Origin: Parcubacteria group bacterium 21-54-25
Lineage (GTDB): Bacteria > Patescibacteriota > Minisyncoccia > Phycocordibacterales > Phycocordibacteraceae
Length of the DNA: 64,000 bases
NCBI GenBank assembly: GCA_002255585.1
Contig: NCBJ01000004.1
Span: forward strand, 6,415-70,414
Reading direction: 5' to 3'
Every line of letters begins with the position of its first letter. The stretch's first letter is position 1. Of this stretch, positions 62,522-64,000 are shown piece after piece. The translations under genes were made by a program, and so were the position numbers. The notes under the pieces were generated by a model. The model was not told the DNA's origin and did not search any database. It saw only the letters and a program-made list of their open reading frames with translations.

Positions 62522-64000
62522 CATCTTGTGAATTCTTGGTAGCAAACTGCTCAAAAAGGCCGATAAATGGCGACTTTAGCGCGGTTTCAAATCCAAACTT
62601 TGGATGGAATGCCAATCGTTCCGCAAAGAGTAGTTTTAGAACTACTCTTTTTGCGTTTATGTCTCGCTTTTCCCAGATAACTAGCGGGTTTTCTAGGAAG
62701 TTGAGTACGACCTCTAGTGCGGTTTCAAAACTCACGGATGAGACGCCCAGCCCTTTCATCCGCTCTTGCAAGAGATCGCCTTCGCTTCGGTATTTCGCGA
62801 TCTGTTCCTCGTATGCGCTGATCACCCTTTCGTCTACCGCCTTCACGACACGTCCAGCGAGAACATCCACCTGACGCCGCGTTTCCTTCAGCTTCGTCTC
62901 CAAGGATCTTTGTTGCTGCTCAAGAGAACCCACCTTGTGTTCCCACAATTCCAGAACTACGGCTTTAGCGAGACGAATGGCCCCGGGCTTCGGGTAGATG
63001 GACTGGAGGAGTTTTACAAATTCTGCATCGACAAAGTCTCCGCTCACGCTTTTATTGAATCGAACGCAGGATGGGCTCTTGCAGCGATAGAAACGGTACA
63101 TCTTTGATCTGCCTCTCGACCAGCTTGCGGTGAGTGCGCCTTGGCAGAATGGGCACAGGAGGAATCCGCGAAGCGCGAAGTCGAGCGAATCACTTTTCCG
63201 CACAGCCACCCTGCACTTCCCATCCAGTTTTCCCTGCACTTTTTGGAATGTCTCGAGAGAAATGATCGCTTCATGTTGCCCTTTTCTTCTCGAAACTTCC
63301 CACTCCTCACGCTCGACGTATCCCGCGTACACAACTCGTCGAAGAAGACGTCTAACGCCTTCTTGGTAAATCGGTCCGTTGCTGTAGTCTGTAGCACGCA
63401 AGAATTTAACCACGTCCGCCTGCGACAAAAACTTGCCAGAGGCAAATCCTTCAAACACTTCTCTAATGAGGCTGGCCTGCGGTTCATGGGGTTGAAGTAT
63501 CTTCCCATGCGCCGGATCCTTGACCTGCTTGTATCCGGGCGGCGGATAGTGCGGCCAGTACCCTTTCTCTAGGCGAGCTTTCATTTTCTGAATTACCTGG
63601 CGTCTGTTGTTCTTGCGATGGTATTGATTTTGCAACGCCACCATTCCCTCGAACATCTCTCCTTCCGGCGAATCGTCGAAGTTGAAATTCAAACAGAGTG
63701 GTTTAATTCCTCTAGTCTCGAAGGCCTGTCTTAATTTGAAATGAAAAATAACGTCCCTAGCAAACCGGCTCAAATCGTCAAAAATAACCACGTAGTTTCT
63801 ATGGGGATGATTATCTGCATGAGCAAGTAGCCTTTGCATAGCAGGCCTCAGCATAAAATCGCCGCCGCCGGTGAAACTATCTCTAAAGACTTCCTCTACC
63901 TCGTAGCCGTTGGATCTAGCGAACTCTCGGCATCGGTGTTCTTGGCTGTCGAGTCCGTGCCCTTTGACCTGACCCCCAAATTTCAGACCACTCTCTAGAC
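62478..64000 (-). CDS. Large serine recombinase (resolvase/integrase), N-terminus beyond window end
   Basis: The reading frame stays open to position 64000. Upstream in-frame translation gives ...GQVKGHGLDSQEHRCREFARSNGYEVEEVFRDSFTGGGDFMLRPAMQRLL...VVIFDDLSRFARD (resolvase catalytic domain). It is followed by the recombinase domain, a zinc ribbon (CPFCQG...CKSPSC) and a coiled-coil. Its 3' end overlaps the tmRNA 3' end by 44 nt. Confidence 0.8.
   Translation of the reverse strand, partial: LESGLKFGGQVKGHGLDSQEHRCREFARSNGYEVEEVFRDSFTGGGDFMLRPAMQRLLAHADNHPHRNYVVIFDDLSRFARDVIFHFKLRQAFETRGIKPLCLNFNFDDSPEGEMFEGMVALQNQYHRKNNRRQVIQKMKARLEKGYWPHYPPPGYKQVKDPAHGKILQPHEPQASLIREVFEGFASGKFLSQADVVKFLRATDYSNGPIYQEGVRRLLRRVVYAGYVEREEWEVSRRKGQHEAIISLETFQKVQGKLDGKCRVAVRKSDSLDFALRGFLLCPFCQGALTASWSRGRSKMYRFYRCKSPSCVRFNKSVSGDFVDAEFVKLLQSIYPKPGAIRLAKAVVLELWEHKVGSLEQQQRSLETKLKETRRQVDVLAGRVVKAVDERVISAYEEQIAKYRSEGDLLQERMKGLGVSSVSFETALEVVLNFLENPLVIWEKRDINAKRVVLKLLFAERLAFHPKFGFETALKSPFIGLFEQFATKNSQDVEVGRIELPSESGP

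Noticed and set aside
62195-62554. 119-aa minus-strand ORF
   Set aside because: It lies entirely within and antisense to the tmRNA gene, so it is a structured-RNA artefact.

Overview
This 64 kb window reads as a gene-dense, high-GC (~58-60% by eye) bacterial chromosome segment with short, often overlapping genes and frequently trimmed domain architectures. Examples are a 789-aa LeuS, an 82-aa AtpC, a 128-aa AtpH, a 408-aa UvrC and a holB-like gene without a Walker A motif. This is suggestive of a reduced genome (possibly Patescibacteria/CPR-like); that lineage call is inference only. The ORF track includes GTG/TTG starts, so many listed ORFs carry spurious N-terminal extensions. I re-set those starts to internal ATG codons that I checked in the sequence.

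Main content, start to end:
- A complete type IV pilus locus on the minus strand (1..9629): three prepilin-type pilins, pilD, pilC, pilT, a CheY-like regulator, pilB, pilO, pilN and pilM, with a divergent ComF-like gene.
- Housekeeping and metabolic genes: a CofE-like gene, a PLP cysteine-synthase-like gene, panD, msrB/msrA, a NUDIX hydrolase, an MFS transporter, recG, leuS, ychF, def, fmt, hpf, ddl, tgt, ftsH and smpB.
- A lower-GC mercury-resistance cluster (19425..22225): ArsR-family regulator, core MerA, a thioredoxin-like protein and a small membrane protein with a vicinal Cys-Cys pair.
- The complete F1Fo ATP synthase operon, atpBEFHAGDC (30535..36811).
- An NER cluster with an embedded two-component system: tgt, uvrB, sensor kinase, response regulator, uvrA, uvrC (43356..52068).
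- RNA genes: tRNA-Ser(GCT), tRNA-Ile(UAU), tRNA-Pro(CGG), tRNA-Val(CAC), tRNA-Ala(UGC) and tmRNA.

Observations most worth a second look:
1. An intact tRNA-Pro(CGG) sits inside a 128-nt insertion that splits a second tRNA-Pro(UGG)-like gene at the canonical 37/38 intron position, closed by a perfect 15-bp leader/trailer helix.
2. A candidate type-IV-secretion-like module: a 926-aa FtsK/HerA-superfamily ATPase with TraD/VirD4-like motifs next to a 961-aa coiled-coil/2-TM/His-rich protein. Elsewhere, two tandem paralogous small Sec-signal/two-helix proteins with VirB2/TrbC-pilin-like architecture lie upstream of atpB behind a terminator.
3. A free-standing HTH plus double-LAGLIDADG protein sits next to tRNA-Ser.
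4. tRNA-Ile(UAU) is followed by a 29-nt duplicated 5' fragment of itself inside a hairpin.
5. The window's right edge carries tmRNA overlapped at its 3' end by a large serine recombinase that runs off the window, which is the classic start of an integrated element.
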